Assembly (NCBI GenBank): GCA_963592135.1
Contig: CAVAVP010000013.1
Location: forward strand, 22,115 to 86,114
Source: a bacterium
GTDB taxonomy: Bacteria; Bacillota; Clostridia; Christensenellales; UBA3700
Direction: 5' to 3'
Length of the DNA: 64,000 nucleotides
Position 1 is the first letter of the stretch, and each line of letters begins with the position of its first letter. Shown in pieces: positions 48,402 to 59,473 of this stretch. A program made the position numbers and the translations under genes. The notes below the pieces were generated by a model. That model had not been told where the DNA came from, searched no databases, and saw nothing but the letters and a program-made list of their open reading frames with translations.

Positions 48402-49973
48402 TTATTGCACATCTAAATACTCTTCGTAAGTCGTAAGCTTATCAAAAGTCTTAGTTCCATTTATTTCAATTATTCTATTCGCTACGGTTTGCATTAATTC
48501 TTGATCATGAGAAGCAAATAAAACACATCCTTTAAAGTTTATCATTCCTTTATTTAATGAAGTAATAGCTTCTAGATCTAGATGGTTTGTTGGCTCGTCT
48601 AAAATCAAGAAATTTCCACCCATCAACATAGCTCTTGCCATCATACACCTTACCTTTTCTCCTCCAGATAATACTGAAGCCTTTTTCTTTGCTTCGTCTC
48701 CCGAGAATAACATTCTTCCAAGCCAGCCTCTTAAATAAGTTTCTGTATGATCTTTAGAATACCTATCCAACCATTTTGTTAAATCTAAATCACAGCCTTC
48801 AAAATAGTTATCAAAATCTTGTGGTACATAACTTTGAGTAATTGTTTTTCCCCATGTATAAGTTCCAGAATCTGCTTCTACATTTCCCATTAGAGTTTCA
48901 AATAACATAGATATATCTATAGACTTATTACCCACAAATGCTATTTTTTCATCCTTTTGCACAGTAAATGAAACATCCTCAAAATATCCTTTCTTTGTTA
49001 AATGTTCTACAGTTAAAATTTCTCTTCCGACTTCTTGTTCAAATTCAAAATTAATATATGGATATTTTCTCATAGATGGTTTTATATCTTCTAGTTTTAG
49101 TTTCTCTAATTCCTTCTTTCTTGCAGTAGCCTGCTTTGCCTTTGAAGCGTTTGCAGAGAATCTTTGAATAAATTCCTGAAGTTCCTTAGCTCTAGCCTCT
49201 GCTTTCTTATTTTGCTCTTTTGCTTGTCTTGCAAGTAATTGGTTTGTTTCATACCAGAAATCATAGTTACCTACATACATATTAATTTTTCCATAATCTA
49301 CATCGCAAATATGAGTACAAACTTTGTTCAAGAAGTGTCTATTGTGAGATACAATAATTAATGTGTTTTTAAATTCCATTAAAAACTTCTCTAACCACAT
49401 TATTGTTTTTGCATCTAAGTTATTTGTTGGCTCATCTAATATAAGTACATCAGGATTTCCAAATAAAGCTTGGGCTAAAAGAATTTTAACTTTTTGCTTT
49501 CCATCTAACTCACCCATTAATTTATCATGATACTCATCGCCAAAACCTAAAGCATTTAATAAAGAAGCGGCATCAGACTCAGCCTCCCATCCGCCAAGTT
49601 CTGCGAATTCATTTTCTAGTTCTCCGGCTCTATTTCCATCTTCTTCAGTAAAGTCTTCCTTTGCATAAAGTGCATCTTTTTCATCCATAATATCCACAAG
49701 CTTCTTGTGTCCTAACAAAACCGTTCTCATAACAGTACAATCATCAAATGCATTTTGATTTTGATTCAAAACACTTAATCTTTCATTTTTACCAATCGCA
49801 ACAGTTCCTTTTGTAGGCTCAAGTGCTCCAGATAAAATTTTTAAAAATGTTGATTTTCCAGCACCATTAGCTCCTATAATTCCATAACAGTTACCTTCTG
49901 TAAATTTTAAATTTACATCTTCAAATAACTTTCTTCCACCAAATTGGATCATTACATCAATTGCTTGTATCAT
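48402..49973 (-). CDS. ABC-F family ATPase (two ABC domains, no TM)
   Basis: The 523-aa protein has Walker A GANGAGKST in domain 1, a degenerate P-loop in domain 2, the signature LSGGEKVR, a Lys/Ala-rich interdomain linker (KEQNKKAEARAKELQEF), and LILDEPTN twice. Confidence 0.88.
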   Translation of the reverse strand: MIQAIDVMIQFGGRKLFEDVNLKFTEGNCYGIIGANGAGKSTFLKILSGALEPTKGTVAIGKNERLSVLNQNQNAFDDCTVMRTVLLGHKKLVDIMDEKDALYAKEDFTEEDGNRAGELENEFAELGGWEAESDAASLLNALGFGDEYHDKLMGELDGKQKVKILLAQALFGNPDVLILDEPTNNLDAKTIMWLEKFLMEFKNTLIIVSHNRHFLNKVCTHICDVDYGKINMYVGNYDFWYETNQLLARQAKEQNKKAEARAKELQEFIQRFSANASKAKQATARKKELEKLKLEDIKPSMRKYPYINFEFEQEVGREILTVEHLTKKGYFEDVSFTVQKDEKIAFVGNKSIDISMLFETLMGNVEADSGTYTWGKTITQSYVPQDFDNYFEGCDLDLTKWLDRYSKDHTETYLRGWLGRMLFSGDEAKKKASVLSGGEKVRCMMARAMLMGGNFLILDEPTNHLDLEAITSLNKGMINFKGCVLFASHDQELMQTVANRIIEINGTKTFDKLTTYEEYLDVQ

Positions 49974-49982
49974 TTACTCTCC

Positions 49983-50438
49983 TTAAAAAGCACTCCCTAG
50001 TGCAACTTTATATACATCATATGTTAAATATAATTCACTATATTTTTTTACCTTAAAAATTATAACAAAATTTTGTTCATTTCCACTACTAATATATGTA
50101 GGAATATTTTCAGAGGACACAAACTCAGCTCCTGTTATATCAAAATCTGAATTTTCTACGTACAAATTATCTTTAGCTTTAATTTTAAAACTTATTTTAG
50201 CATAAGAATTATTTTTGTCTATTTCTTCAAAAGAAATCCCCGTCACCATAAACGAATAAACATTAGTTTTACCCTCTTCATTTATTTGGATTTTAGTGTA
50301 TGAGATAGCATTTTTATTGGAATTCTTTTCCGTTAAGTACATACTAAGGAATATACCCCCTATAACTAAGATAGTTAGTACCACGAGTCCTATTGATATA
50401 ATCATTCCTTTTTTCTTTTTATTAATCATTTTTAACAT
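49983..50438 (-). CDS. Hypothetical membrane-anchored protein
   Basis: The 151-aa protein has one N-terminal TM segment followed by a beta-rich ectodomain. Confidence 0.45.
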   Translation of the reverse strand: MLKMINKKKKGMIISIGLVVLTILVIGGIFLSMYLTEKNSNKNAISYTKIQINEEGKTNVYSFMVTGISFEEIDKNNSYAKISFKIKAKDNLYVENSDFDITGAEFVSSENIPTYISSGNEQNFVIIFKVKKYSELYLTYDVYKVALGSAF

Positions 50439-50496
50439 ATTTAATAATACCTTATACAGTTATTATGTTGTCAAAAGTTTTATCTTATAATTTTAA

Positions 50497-50545
50497 CAAA
50501 AAAAAAGGACTGCTAAGCTTATATTCCTAGCAGTCCGTTTTTTCA
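50497..50545. terminator. Bidirectional terminator downstream of the ferredoxin gene
   Basis: An A-run is followed by the 9-bp stem GGACTGCTA/TAGCAGTCC and then a T-run. Confidence 0.75.
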
Positions 50546-50553
50546 AATTCTAA

Positions 50554-50724
50554 TTACTCTTCAGAAATTGCTTCTACTGGACATTGTGCTGCACATGAAC
50601 CACAAGATAAGCATGAATCAGCATCGATAACGTACTTGTCATCTCCTTCTGTAATACATGAAACTGGGCATTGTTCTGCACATGAGCCACACTTAATACA
50701 ATCATTACCAATAACGTATGCCAT
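50554..50724 (-). CDS. Clostridial-type 2x[4Fe-4S] ferredoxin
   Basis: My manual translation is MAYVIGNDCIKCGSCAEQCPVSCITEGDDKYVIDADSCLSCGSCAAQCPVEAISEE (56 aa) with two CxxCxxCxxxCP motifs. It is absent from the ORF track. Confidence 0.9.
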   Translation of the reverse strand: MAYVIGNDCIKCGSCAEQCPVSCITEGDDKYVIDADSCLSCGSCAAQCPVEAISEE

Positions 50725-50769
50725 AATGTTTTCTCCTTTTTAAAATGTATAGTTTATTTTTGTACGTTC

Positions 50770-50798
50770 ATAATATCACATCAAAAATATGTTGTAAA
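50770..50798 (-). promoter_or_regulatory. Candidate ferredoxin promoter
   Basis: The minus strand reads TTTACA, a 17-nt spacer (ending TGA), then TATTAT. Confidence 0.5.
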
Positions 50799-50833
50799 TT
50801 GAAAATTTATTTTTAGGCAAAGTTAGCCTCAGG

Positions 50834-51706
50834 TTACTCCATTTTCTTTATTTCTGGATCCACATCCTCATCGTCATCTTTTTGATTTCTTCTATTGTCC
50901 CCTATTAATTCAAATTGACCAACTTCGTATCTTTTCTCTACGCTTGAACCATCAATCTCTGTTATAGCAGTAACATACTCTCTAAGAATATTAACATCCT
51001 TGACTTTAGATATTCCATCTTCTGTTTTTATATTTGCACCTACCTTAGGCATTTTTTTAAGCAGTTCTAGATAATACTCATTTTCAAACTTTAGGCAACA
51101 CATTAGTTTTCCACACATTCCACCAATTTTGCTTGGATTTATGGATATGTTTTGTATTTTTGCCATCTTTACTGTAGATTTTTCACATATACTTGGACAT
51201 CTGATACAACAGCACTCTTGACCACATAGTCCCATTGCTCCCCTAAGTTTTACATCATCTCTATCATAAACCTGCTTAAGCTCTACTCTGCATCTAAGTT
51301 CGGAACCTAAATCAGGAACCAAAGCTCTAAAATCTACTCTATTTTCAGCAGTATAATTAATTAAAACTTTTGATTTATCCAAAGTATATTCAGCATTAAT
51401 AAGTTTCATTGGAAGCTTATGCTTTTCTACTTTTCTAATAGCAACGCTAAAAGCTCTTTCAGCTCTTTTTATATTATCATTATATTGTCTTTTATCCTTT
51501 TCATCAGCTTTCCTAATAACTTCCTTTAAAGGAGCTTTTAAATCAGATTCTTTGATTTCCGTATTCTTTTGACAGCAAAAAGCGTATTCTACACCAACTG
51601 GAGTCTCGACCACTACACCATCTCCAACTTCAAACTCAAAGTTTTTAGGATCATAATAATATAATTTCCCTTTATTATTAAACTTTACACCTATTATATT
51701 TGGCAT
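50834..51706 (-). CDS. ricT: PSP1-domain protein RicT/YaaT
   Basis: The protein contains IIGVKFNNKGKLYYYDP and a Cys cluster GLCGQECCCIRC...GMCGKLMCCLKFE. It sits at the conserved position after holB. Confidence 0.85.
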   Translation of the reverse strand: MPNIIGVKFNNKGKLYYYDPKNFEFEVGDGVVVETPVGVEYAFCCQKNTEIKESDLKAPLKEVIRKADEKDKRQYNDNIKRAERAFSVAIRKVEKHKLPMKLINAEYTLDKSKVLINYTAENRVDFRALVPDLGSELRCRVELKQVYDRDDVKLRGAMGLCGQECCCIRCPSICEKSTVKMAKIQNISINPSKIGGMCGKLMCCLKFENEYYLELLKKMPKVGANIKTEDGISKVKDVNILREYVTAITEIDGSSVEKRYEVGQFELIGDNRRNQKDDDEDVDPEIKKME

Positions 51707-52638
51707 TTATATTTTACCTCCAAAATATTCATTAGCAATTTAAATAACACAGCTTCTGTTCCTACATTTTGTTCTAGCATTTTTTTAGAATTTATTACCA
51801 ATTCTTCAATATTAACAAGGGTTGCTAGTGCGTATTCATTTGCTAATGAATCTATATCTTCTTCACTATTTGTTGATATTCCTGTTTTTCTTTCAATAAC
51901 TTGCTTTATTATTATTTCAAGAGCATCTAGATAAGCTTTTGTTTTTGAAGCATCTAGTTGGCTCATATAATCTATAACACTAGTAGATTTTTTCATATTA
52001 AGCAATATTATTTTCATTGATTCATAACAACCTATAATTTTATCATCAGATAATATCATTAAGGCCTTTGTCAATGAACCTTCACAAAACAAAATCGCTT
52101 TATAAAGGTTATATGGATCATATTTATCTCTTAATGAACTCTTTAAATCATCATCCTTAAAAGTTTCTATAGTTAATTTATTTGATCTAGATTTTATTGT
52201 CTCTAGTACATTTGTAGGCTTTGTTACACCTAGTATAAAAACAGTATTTCCACTTGGTTCTTCAATTAGCTTTAAAAATTTGTTTTGTAGACTTAAATCA
52301 ATATCATTAAAATTATTAATTAAAATTACTTTTGATTCACTATCTACCATAGCATAACTTCTAGTTATAAGACCTTTTATTCCCTCACTATTTAAAGATT
52401 CTGGAATTATTAAACCATCATGAACATTATTCTCGACATCTAAACAATCTTTACACTTTCCACAATTATTATTTTTACATAAAATATCTCTAGCCACTAA
52501 AAGACAAAGATTTCTACATGCAACCTCGTCTTCAGAAATAATCATATTACAATGACTTAAAAAACCATTTTTAATGTCATTATCCAATATTTTATATACT
52601 TTAGTGTTCTTTAAAAGATTCTCGTATTCTATCTTCAT
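51694..52638 (-). CDS. holB: DNA polymerase III delta' subunit
   Basis: The 314-aa protein has a degenerate P-loop and the zinc module CGKCKDC. It sits between tmk and ricT, as in Bacillus. Confidence 0.75.
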   Translation of the reverse strand: MKIEYENLLKNTKVYKILDNDIKNGFLSHCNMIISEDEVACRNLCLLVARDILCKNNNCGKCKDCLDVENNVHDGLIIPESLNSEGIKGLITRSYAMVDSESKVILINNFNDIDLSLQNKFLKLIEEPSGNTVFILGVTKPTNVLETIKSRSNKLTIETFKDDDLKSSLRDKYDPYNLYKAILFCEGSLTKALMILSDDKIIGCYESMKIILLNMKKSTSVIDYMSQLDASKTKAYLDALEIIIKQVIERKTGISTNSEEDIDSLANEYALATLVNIEELVINSKKMLEQNVGTEAVLFKLLMNILEVKYKCQI

Positions 52639-53261
52639 TTAATATAACCATTCGTCTTTAAATATTCTCTTATTTTTTCTTGTGTTTCAAACTTTGTTCC
52701 AAGAACATTAAAAGAAACTATTCTCTTTGGATGTCTTTCTTGAGCCATCTTATAACCTTTATAAACATCATTATGAAAGTCCATTCCTTTCATTTCCATT
52801 CTATCGTTTAAATCGGCTCCGCCTTTTCTTTCAAAGGCTTCCTTTGGCGATAAATCTAAAAATATAGTTAAATCAGGAACAACTTCTCCACAAGCACAAT
52901 TATTTAAACTTTCAACAAGTTCAGCACCAAGTTTACCTGCAATTCCTTGATACGCAAAAGTTGAATCTATAAATCTATCACAAATTACAAGTTTACCGCT
53001 ATCTAGTGCTGGCTTTATAACCTCACTTACAAGTTGTGCTCTTGCTGCACAATATAATAAAACTTCACATCTTGAAACCATACCTTCATTTTTAGTATCA
53101 AGAATTATATTTCTGATTTTCTCAGAAATTTCATTACCTCCCGGTTCTCTTAAAAACAAACTTTCTTGGTTTGTTTCTTCTAAATAACTTTTAAGTAATG
53201 CCACTTGTGTACTTTTTCCTACACCCTCACAGCCTTCAAATGTAATAAATTTACCTTTCAT
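52635..53261 (-). CDS. tmk: Thymidylate kinase
   Basis: The protein contains FITFEGCEGVGKSTQ and DRFIDSTFAYQG. Confidence 0.93.
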   Translation of the reverse strand: MKGKFITFEGCEGVGKSTQVALLKSYLEETNQESLFLREPGGNEISEKIRNIILDTKNEGMVSRCEVLLYCAARAQLVSEVIKPALDSGKLVICDRFIDSTFAYQGIAGKLGAELVESLNNCACGEVVPDLTIFLDLSPKEAFERKGGADLNDRMEMKGMDFHNDVYKGYKMAQERHPKRIVSFNVLGTKFETQEKIREYLKTNGYIK

Positions 53262-53285
53262 ATATCCTCTAAAAAAATAACAAAG

Positions 53286-54593
53286 TTATTTTAACACAGG
53301 AACCTTATTATTTACAAGACCATATAAGTGTTCCTTGTTGTCTTTAATTATTTGTATTTGCTCTTTAGTTATAATTTGCCTATATTTAATAACAGCTCTA
53401 GCTGGTGGATAAATTCCAATCTCAGCATTTGAAATTAATCCCACTGCACTATCTAAACTTACAAAACTCGGTTTAAAATTTTCTATATTTTCAATTTTTA
53501 TATTACTTTCTTTTGTATTATTTTGTTCAAAATTTACAGTGTTTATTTTTCTTAATTCAGTATCTAATAAATCAAGACTTTTATAATTAAATGGTGTTAC
53601 GATAAAAACCAATTTATCATCAATAGCCATCTCTACACCTATGCCTTTATCTTGAATATTAACAAGCACCTTATATGCATCAATTCCTTTCTTTTTTAAA
53701 ACCAATCTTGAAAAATCGTCATTTTTAACTATTTCAAAACCACCAATTGTGCCTTTAAATGATTCTATTTTATTTTTTACTTCCTTATACCACTTTTCAC
53801 CATTTGCCTCAAAGCTTTCTCTTGCAAAATCCATGCTTGCCATTGATAAATAACTTGGAGATGTTGTGTGAATTAAACTTCTATACAACATCAGCATTTC
53901 ATAATCACTTTCACTATTACATGTAATTAAACTAGAACCACCAAAACATGGAAGGGTTTTATGAGTGCTTATTAGTGCTATATCTGAATGCACTCCAGGA
54001 AATTCCGGAAATAATTTAGAAAACGGAAAATGAGCTCCGTGTGCTGCATCTACAACAAATTTATTCTTTGTACTTTTTGTTAATTTATATATTTTTTCAA
54101 TATCAAAAATTTCTCCGAAATAGTTAGGTGAAGTTATAAAAACTGCAAACACGTCTTCATTTTTTTCTATTTTTTCACTTAAATCTTTTAATGTGTTTAC
54201 TTCTATATAATCAAGATTATTTATTCTTAGTGCATTGTAAAATGAGCTATGCATCTTGCCAAATGCAATAAACTTATATCCCAATTTTTTTAGCATAGCT
54301 ATAGTTATTTGCATGCTACATGTTGTACCACTTGTGCCCATTAAAGCAAATTTCGTTCCGTAAACTTTTGCAAGTAATTTTTCAGCATCTTTAATTACAC
54401 CATTACTCTGCAACAAATTATCAAGTCCAGGCACTTCAGTTAAATCCATTTTAAAATCACTGAACAGGCCAAACGATACTCCACTATGTCCTGGCATATG
54501 GAATTTTACTTTTATGTTATTGTTATAGTTTAAAATTGCATCGTATAGTGGTTTCATAAAATAAAAGCAGTCTTTATAGGCTGCTTTTTTCAA
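53286..54593 (-). CDS. Orn/Lys/Arg decarboxylase family PLP enzyme (YaaO-like)
   Basis: The protein has FHMPGHSG near the N-terminus and STHKTLP (the PLP lysine). It is 435 aa and lies upstream of tmk, as yaaO does in B. subtilis. Confidence 0.75.
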   Translation of the reverse strand: MKKAAYKDCFYFMKPLYDAILNYNNNIKVKFHMPGHSGVSFGLFSDFKMDLTEVPGLDNLLQSNGVIKDAEKLLAKVYGTKFALMGTSGTTCSMQITIAMLKKLGYKFIAFGKMHSSFYNALRINNLDYIEVNTLKDLSEKIEKNEDVFAVFITSPNYFGEIFDIEKIYKLTKSTKNKFVVDAAHGAHFPFSKLFPEFPGVHSDIALISTHKTLPCFGGSSLITCNSESDYEMLMLYRSLIHTTSPSYLSMASMDFARESFEANGEKWYKEVKNKIESFKGTIGGFEIVKNDDFSRLVLKKKGIDAYKVLVNIQDKGIGVEMAIDDKLVFIVTPFNYKSLDLLDTELRKINTVNFEQNNTKESNIKIENIENFKPSFVSLDSAVGLISNAEIGIYPPARAVIKYRQIITKEQIQIIKDNKEHLYGLVNNKVPVLK

Positions 54594-54600
54594 GTTTAAT

Positions 54601-56070
54601 TTATTTTATTGGCTTCATTGTTGGGAACAATAAAACATCTCTTATGCTAGCCTGATCTGTAAATAACATCACAAGTCTATCTACTCCAATTCCAAGGCCT
54701 CCTGTAGGTGGCAATCCATACATTAAAGCATTAACATAATCCTCATCCATCATTTGAGCTTCATCATCACCTTTTTCTCTTTCGGCAACTTGAGCCATGA
54801 ATCTTCCTTTTTGATCTATTGGATCATTTAATTCAGAAAATGCGTTACCCATTTCTCTTGCACACATAAAGAACTCAAATCTTTCTGTTAATCTCTTATC
54901 TGATGGCTTTCTCTTAGCAAGAGGAGAAACCTCTACTGGATAATCTAAAATAAATGTTGGTTGAACCAAATGTTCCTCAACTTTTTGGTCATATACTTCG
55001 TATAAAAGTCTTCCCCATGTTGTATCGTCCTTAAATTCAACGCCAGCTTTTTTTGCGGCTTCTTTAAAGTCTTCGACATTATCTGAAGAAGCAAAATCTA
55101 TTCCTACATATTCCTTTACTGCTTCAATCATTGTCATTTTCTTCCAAGGAGCTGTTAAATTTAATTCTGTTCCTTGATAAGTAATCTTTTTATTACCATC
55201 ACAAACAACATCGGCAATATGTGAGAATAATCTTTCTGTCAAATCCATCATTCCATAATAATCTGTATATGCTTGATAAAGTTCAACTGTTGTAAACTCT
55301 GGATTATGTTTTGTATCCATTCCCTCATTTCTAAACAATCTTCCCATTTCATAAACTTTTTCAAATCCACCAACAATTAATCTTTTTAGATATAACTCTG
55401 GTGCGATTCTCATATACATGTCAATATCCAATGTATTATGGTGAGTAACAAATGGTCTTGCTGTAGCTCCACCTGGTATTGTATTTAAAACAGGAGTTTC
55501 AACTTCAACAAATCCTTCTCCATCCAAAAACGATCTAATTGCACTGATAATCTTAGATCTCGTAATAAATGTTTGTTTAACTTCAGGATTTGCAATTAAA
55601 TCAACATATCTTTGACGATATCTTAAATCAACATTTGTTAAACCATGGAACTTTTCTGGCAATGGAAGTAATGATTTTGAAAGAAGAGTCATTTTTTCTG
55701 CATGAACAGAAACTTCACCAGTTTGTGTTTTGAAAACATAACCTTCAATCCCTACTATATCGCCTATATCATATTTTTTGAATTCGGCGTAATTTTCTTC
55801 GCCCATTCCATCTCTAGAAGCGTAAATTTGAATAGTTCCAGTACAATCCATTAAATGAGCAAAGCTTGCCTTACCCATAACTCTTTTTGAAATTAATCTA
55901 CCAGCAATATTAACATGCTTTTGATCATATTTTTCAAATTCATCCTTTATGGTTTGAGCATATGCATCCTTTGAATATTTTACAATTTCAAAAGGATTCT
56001 TACCTGCTTCAACTAAAGCAGCTAACTTTTCTTGACGAGCCTTTACAATATCATTAATATTTTCTTCCAT
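54601..56070 (-). CDS. lysS: Lysine--tRNA ligase, class II
   Basis: The 489-aa protein contains [25 protein letters not shown] and [11 protein letters not shown]. Confidence 0.95.
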   Translation of the reverse strand: MEENINDIVKARQEKLAALVEAGKNPFEIVKYSKDAYAQTIKDEFEKYDQKHVNIAGRLISKRVMGKASFAHLMDCTGTIQIYASRDGMGEENYAEFKKYDIGDIVGIEGYVFKTQTGEVSVHAEKMTLLSKSLLPLPEKFHGLTNVDLRYRQRYVDLIANPEVKQTFITRSKIISAIRSFLDGEGFVEVETPVLNTIPGGATARPFVTHHNTLDIDMYMRIAPELYLKRLIVGGFEKVYEMGRLFRNEGMDTKHNPEFTTVELYQAYTDYYGMMDLTERLFSHIADVVCDGNKKITYQGTELNLTAPWKKMTMIEAVKEYVGIDFASSDNVEDFKEAAKKAGVEFKDDTTWGRLLYEVYDQKVEEHLVQPTFILDYPVEVSPLAKRKPSDKRLTERFEFFMCAREMGNAFSELNDPIDQKGRFMAQVAEREKGDDEAQMMDEDYVNALMYGLPPTGGLGIGVDRLVMLFTDQASIRDVLLFPTMKPIK

Positions 56071-56071
56071 T

Positions 56072-56524
56072 TTATTCCTTTGTAATTTCTAGGATTTTAA
56101 CCTTGTAGAAATCAGTTGTACTTAATTCAACCTTACAAGTATCTCCAACCTTATGACCTGTAACTGCCTTTCCAAATGGAGAATCCATGCTAATTCTGTT
56201 TTCTAGAATAGATGATTCTGTTTCACCTACAAGTTCATATGTATATTCTTCGTTATCTGACAAATCTAAAACTTTGTATATTGTAGCCTTTATAATTTGA
56301 ATATTACCATCTAAAATTCTATGAAGTTCTGCAATTCTAGAATTGTTCTTTTCTGCAGCTTCTCTTGCGGCATCTAATTCTGCGTTTTCTGAGAAGTCTC
56401 CTAAAGACTTTGCATACTTTAATTGCTCACTAATTTCATTAGCTAATTCGTTTTCACGATGATATAATTCTTCTTTTTTTTCTTCATAACCACGTTTAGT
56501 TAATTTGATTACTTCATCTGCCAT
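56072..56524 (-). CDS. greA: Transcription elongation factor GreA
   Basis: The likely start is ATG 56524 ([20 protein letters not shown]). Also present are the acidic-tip region [16 protein letters not shown] and C-terminal [18 protein letters not shown]. Confidence 0.9.
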   Translation of the reverse strand: MADEVIKLTKRGYEEKKEELYHRENELANEISEQLKYAKSLGDFSENAELDAAREAAEKNNSRIAELHRILDGNIQIIKATIYKVLDLSDNEEYTYELVGETESSILENRISMDSPFGKAVTGHKVGDTCKVELSTTDFYKVKILEITKE

Positions 56525-56710
56525 ATTCTTATCCTCCAACTTATGAGTAAAAAAATGCGCTTTACTCGCGCATAATAATTTTATATAAATAAACAAGATT
56601 TGTCAACGAACTTTTACACGCATTATTTTTATTTAATCAACCTTTTGAGGTCAATATAATGTCTTTAAACTCTTTTATAATAAGGGCTTTTGTGATATAA
56701 TTTTGTTGTT

Positions 56711-56971
56711 ATGAAAATATGGGCAAAATTATACATAAAGAACGATATTGCAAAAGATTTAATTTACAAAAGTAATCTTGAAATGTCATATGAAAACTAT
56801 CAAAAATGGCTTCAAGATATTTGTAATCTTTTGGATATACCAAATCCAGTTGTTATTCCTTATCATTACAAGAACTTTGTTTACTTTCATAACACTCTAT
56901 TTAAGGAAGACGATTTTGTTCAACCTTTAAATTACGAAAAGTTTAGAATTGAGGATTGTAATGAGGACTAA
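56711..56971 (+). CDS. Hypothetical protein
   Basis: This 86-aa ORF is the only plus-strand gene in its neighbourhood. I recognise no motif. Confidence 0.35.
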   Translation: MKIWAKLYIKNDIAKDLIYKSNLEMSYENYQKWLQDICNLLDIPNPVVIPYHYKNFVYFHNTLFKEDDFVQPLNYEKFRIEDCNED

Positions 56972-56975
56972 TTTT

Positions 56976-58025
56976 TTATTGAATATCCCTTCTTTTAAAC
57001 AATAAATGCGCTGAAGTAAGAGATAGTACTATCCACAAAGTAGATATAAAAATCATTGAATATGTATTCATATAATTCAGAATTGGCCCTGTTATTGTTA
57101 AAGTGTTTATCCAATTTGAATTTATATTAATGCCGATAAATCCAACATAAATATATGCAGCTAATATTTCAATAGTTTCACCTATTAAATAGATAACTAA
57201 AGTTAAAGCAATTGCAACGGATTGTGTTTTTACAATATTAGATATTCCAATAGCTACTGATGTAAATAAAACAAGAATTGTAATATAGGATAATAGATAT
57301 ATAAACAATACTCCCACAGCAGATATTTTTACAACTTTAGTAGCATTAATAACCATCAAATAAGGAGTAGAATCAAACTTAAAAACTATAATTCCTATAA
57401 GTAAAGCAAGAACAAAAGAAAAAACTAACATTACTATACCAAATATCCATATAGTTATATATTTTGCTGATAGTATTGCATCTCTTGAAATTGGTCTTAA
57501 AACCTGCATTTTCATTGTTCCATTTTGAAGCTCGCCTACCATTACCTTGCATGCATGAACAATTGAAAAAATAATTATCATAAATGCCATTATTTCTAAA
57601 ACTACAATAACAAAAGCATTGCCGTTAAAAACAATAGAAAATGTGCTACTTATACTTATAACATTTCCTAAAAGATTGTAGTTTGCTAAATCAATATTGT
57701 TATCTATTGCATATTGATACAAAGCAATATTTGCTCTTAAACTATAGGTTGAAGTATCTACTAATTTTAAAAGCGGAGTAGTTTCGTTTTTTTCATACTC
57801 CTGTAACATCGTTTTTAAAGAATCAACATATTCTGGATATGTCGATGGATCTATATACGAATCTACAACTCCATCATAAGAACCAAATGTATTATATAAA
57901 ATTTTATATCCCGCAGTAAAAACAATAAACACGACAATTAAAACTATTAAAAGTTTTATAAATTTTCTATTTAAAAGTTTATACATTTCGCCTTTAAAAG
58001 CATTAACAAATCCACTACTTATCAT
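56976..58025 (-). CDS. ABC-2 type transporter permease
   Basis: The 349-aa protein has one N-terminal TM, a large loop, then 5 TM segments. It overlaps the ATPase gene by 11 nt. Confidence 0.65.
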   Translation of the reverse strand: MISSGFVNAFKGEMYKLLNRKFIKLLIVLIVVFIVFTAGYKILYNTFGSYDGVVDSYIDPSTYPEYVDSLKTMLQEYEKNETTPLLKLVDTSTYSLRANIALYQYAIDNNIDLANYNLLGNVISISSTFSIVFNGNAFVIVVLEIMAFMIIIFSIVHACKVMVGELQNGTMKMQVLRPISRDAILSAKYITIWIFGIVMLVFSFVLALLIGIIVFKFDSTPYLMVINATKVVKISAVGVLFIYLLSYITILVLFTSVAIGISNIVKTQSVAIALTLVIYLIGETIEILAAYIYVGFIGININSNWINTLTITGPILNYMNTYSMIFISTLWIVLSLTSAHLLFKRRDIQ

Positions 58026-58995
58026 CTTTCATGAGCTCCCTGTATACATCCTCTAATGTTCTTTTTCTAACAGAAAGAGAATTAACTGAAATATCTTTTA
58101 AAACTAGTTCCTTGTTTATTTCAGACATTCTATTGCCTTTAAATTTAATATAAACAAAATTATCTACAATTTTAACCTCAATATCTCCCATTTGTTCAAT
58201 AACACTTGCAGCTAGTGTTGGATCTGAACATTCAATTTTGGCTATTGTATATCCGTTTTCCTGGTTTTCGATTTCATCTAATGCTTTTTCAACCACTATG
58301 TGGCCTTTATTTAATATAGCAACTTTATCACACAAAGCCTGCATTTCGGATAAGATATGTGAAGAAATAAGAATTGTTGTTCCATAGCAATCTCTTATTT
58401 TCATAAATAAATCCCTCATTTGAATAATTCCACTTGGATCCAACCCATTAACTGGTTCATCTAGTATAAGAAGCCTTGGGTTTGACATAATTGCTTGAGC
58501 TATTCCAAGTCTTTGTTTCATTCCAAGAGAATATGTTGAGAACCTTGAATCTTTTCTTTCCGTTAATCCTACTAATTCTATAATATCTAAAATTCTTTGT
58601 TGTGAAATATTCCCATGAAGCATTGCAAAATATTGAAGGTTTTCAAGGCCTGTCATTTCTTTAAACATTATCGATGATTCCACAAGTGCCCCAATATCCT
58701 TTAACACTTCAGTTAGGTTTGTTTCTATATTTTTCCCAAATACTTTGATTTCACCACAATCTTTTTTTATAAGGCCACAAATAAGTTTAATTATTGTAGT
58801 TTTTCCAGAGCCATTTGCCCCTAACAATCCATAAATATCCCCTTCATTTACAATAAAAGAAATGTCTTTTACTGCTTTTGTTTCTTTAGAACCTTTCTTT
58901 AATTTTTGTAGCGGCGACGAATTATAAATCTTTGTTACGTTCTTAAATTCAATTATTGGATTGTTTTTTATTTCTACATTTACAATATCTTCCAC
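58015..58995 (-). CDS. ABC transporter ATP-binding protein with a C-terminal accessory domain
   Basis: It has Walker A GANGSGKTT, the signature-like SLGMKQRL and Walker B LLILDEP, and is 326 aa. Confidence 0.9.
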   Translation of the reverse strand: MEDIVNVEIKNNPIIEFKNVTKIYNSSPLQKLKKGSKETKAVKDISFIVNEGDIYGLLGANGSGKTTIIKLICGLIKKDCGEIKVFGKNIETNLTEVLKDIGALVESSIMFKEMTGLENLQYFAMLHGNISQQRILDIIELVGLTERKDSRFSTYSLGMKQRLGIAQAIMSNPRLLILDEPVNGLDPSGIIQMRDLFMKIRDCYGTTILISSHILSEMQALCDKVAILNKGHIVVEKALDEIENQENGYTIAKIECSDPTLAASVIEQMGDIEVKIVDNFVYIKFKGNRMSEINKELVLKDISVNSLSVRKRTLEDVYRELMKDDK

Positions 58996-59109
58996 TTTTT
59001 TGTTTACCCTTTTTTGTTACATTTATATTTTACTCAAACAAACAATATTTTACAGTATTTTCAGCTTATAATTAACAACTATTTTATATACTTTCTTGCC
59101 ATTATTCCT

Positions 59110-59473
59110 TTAGGTTATAAAACTACGAGTAATTTTCATTAAAACTTTTAATGTATTATTTTTAAAATATTGTGTATATTCTTGTTGATTTTCAAAAGTT
59201 GCAACATTTCCTAAAATAGTTACATATAAAACATTTTCTTTTAGAAAAAGAACGAAAATATCTTCAAACACAACAAAACTATCTGTATTAATCCCTTCCT
59301 GCCAAGAAATTTCTTCATTAAATTTTTTTGTTCTAATTCAGGAAAATTTAACAATAAATTTTCTTACACAATGAATATATGTTAAAATTCTTTTCAAATA
59401 TATTGTAATCAATTCTTATTTGCAAAGCTTTGTCATCAACTATTTTATAATATTCAAGTTCTACTTCATCCAT
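59110..59473 (-). pseudogene. Unknown ~120-codon gene disrupted by two 1-nt homopolymer frameshifts
   Basis: Frame 1 reads MDEVELEYYKIVDDKALQIRIDYNIFEKNFNIYSLCKK and stops at 59348. Reading resumes in frame 3 (ENLLLNFPELEQK) after the A4 tract at 59359-59362. It moves to frame 2 (KFNEEISWQEGINTDSFVVFEDIF...MKITRSFIT) after the A7 tract at 59323-59329. Confidence 0.55.
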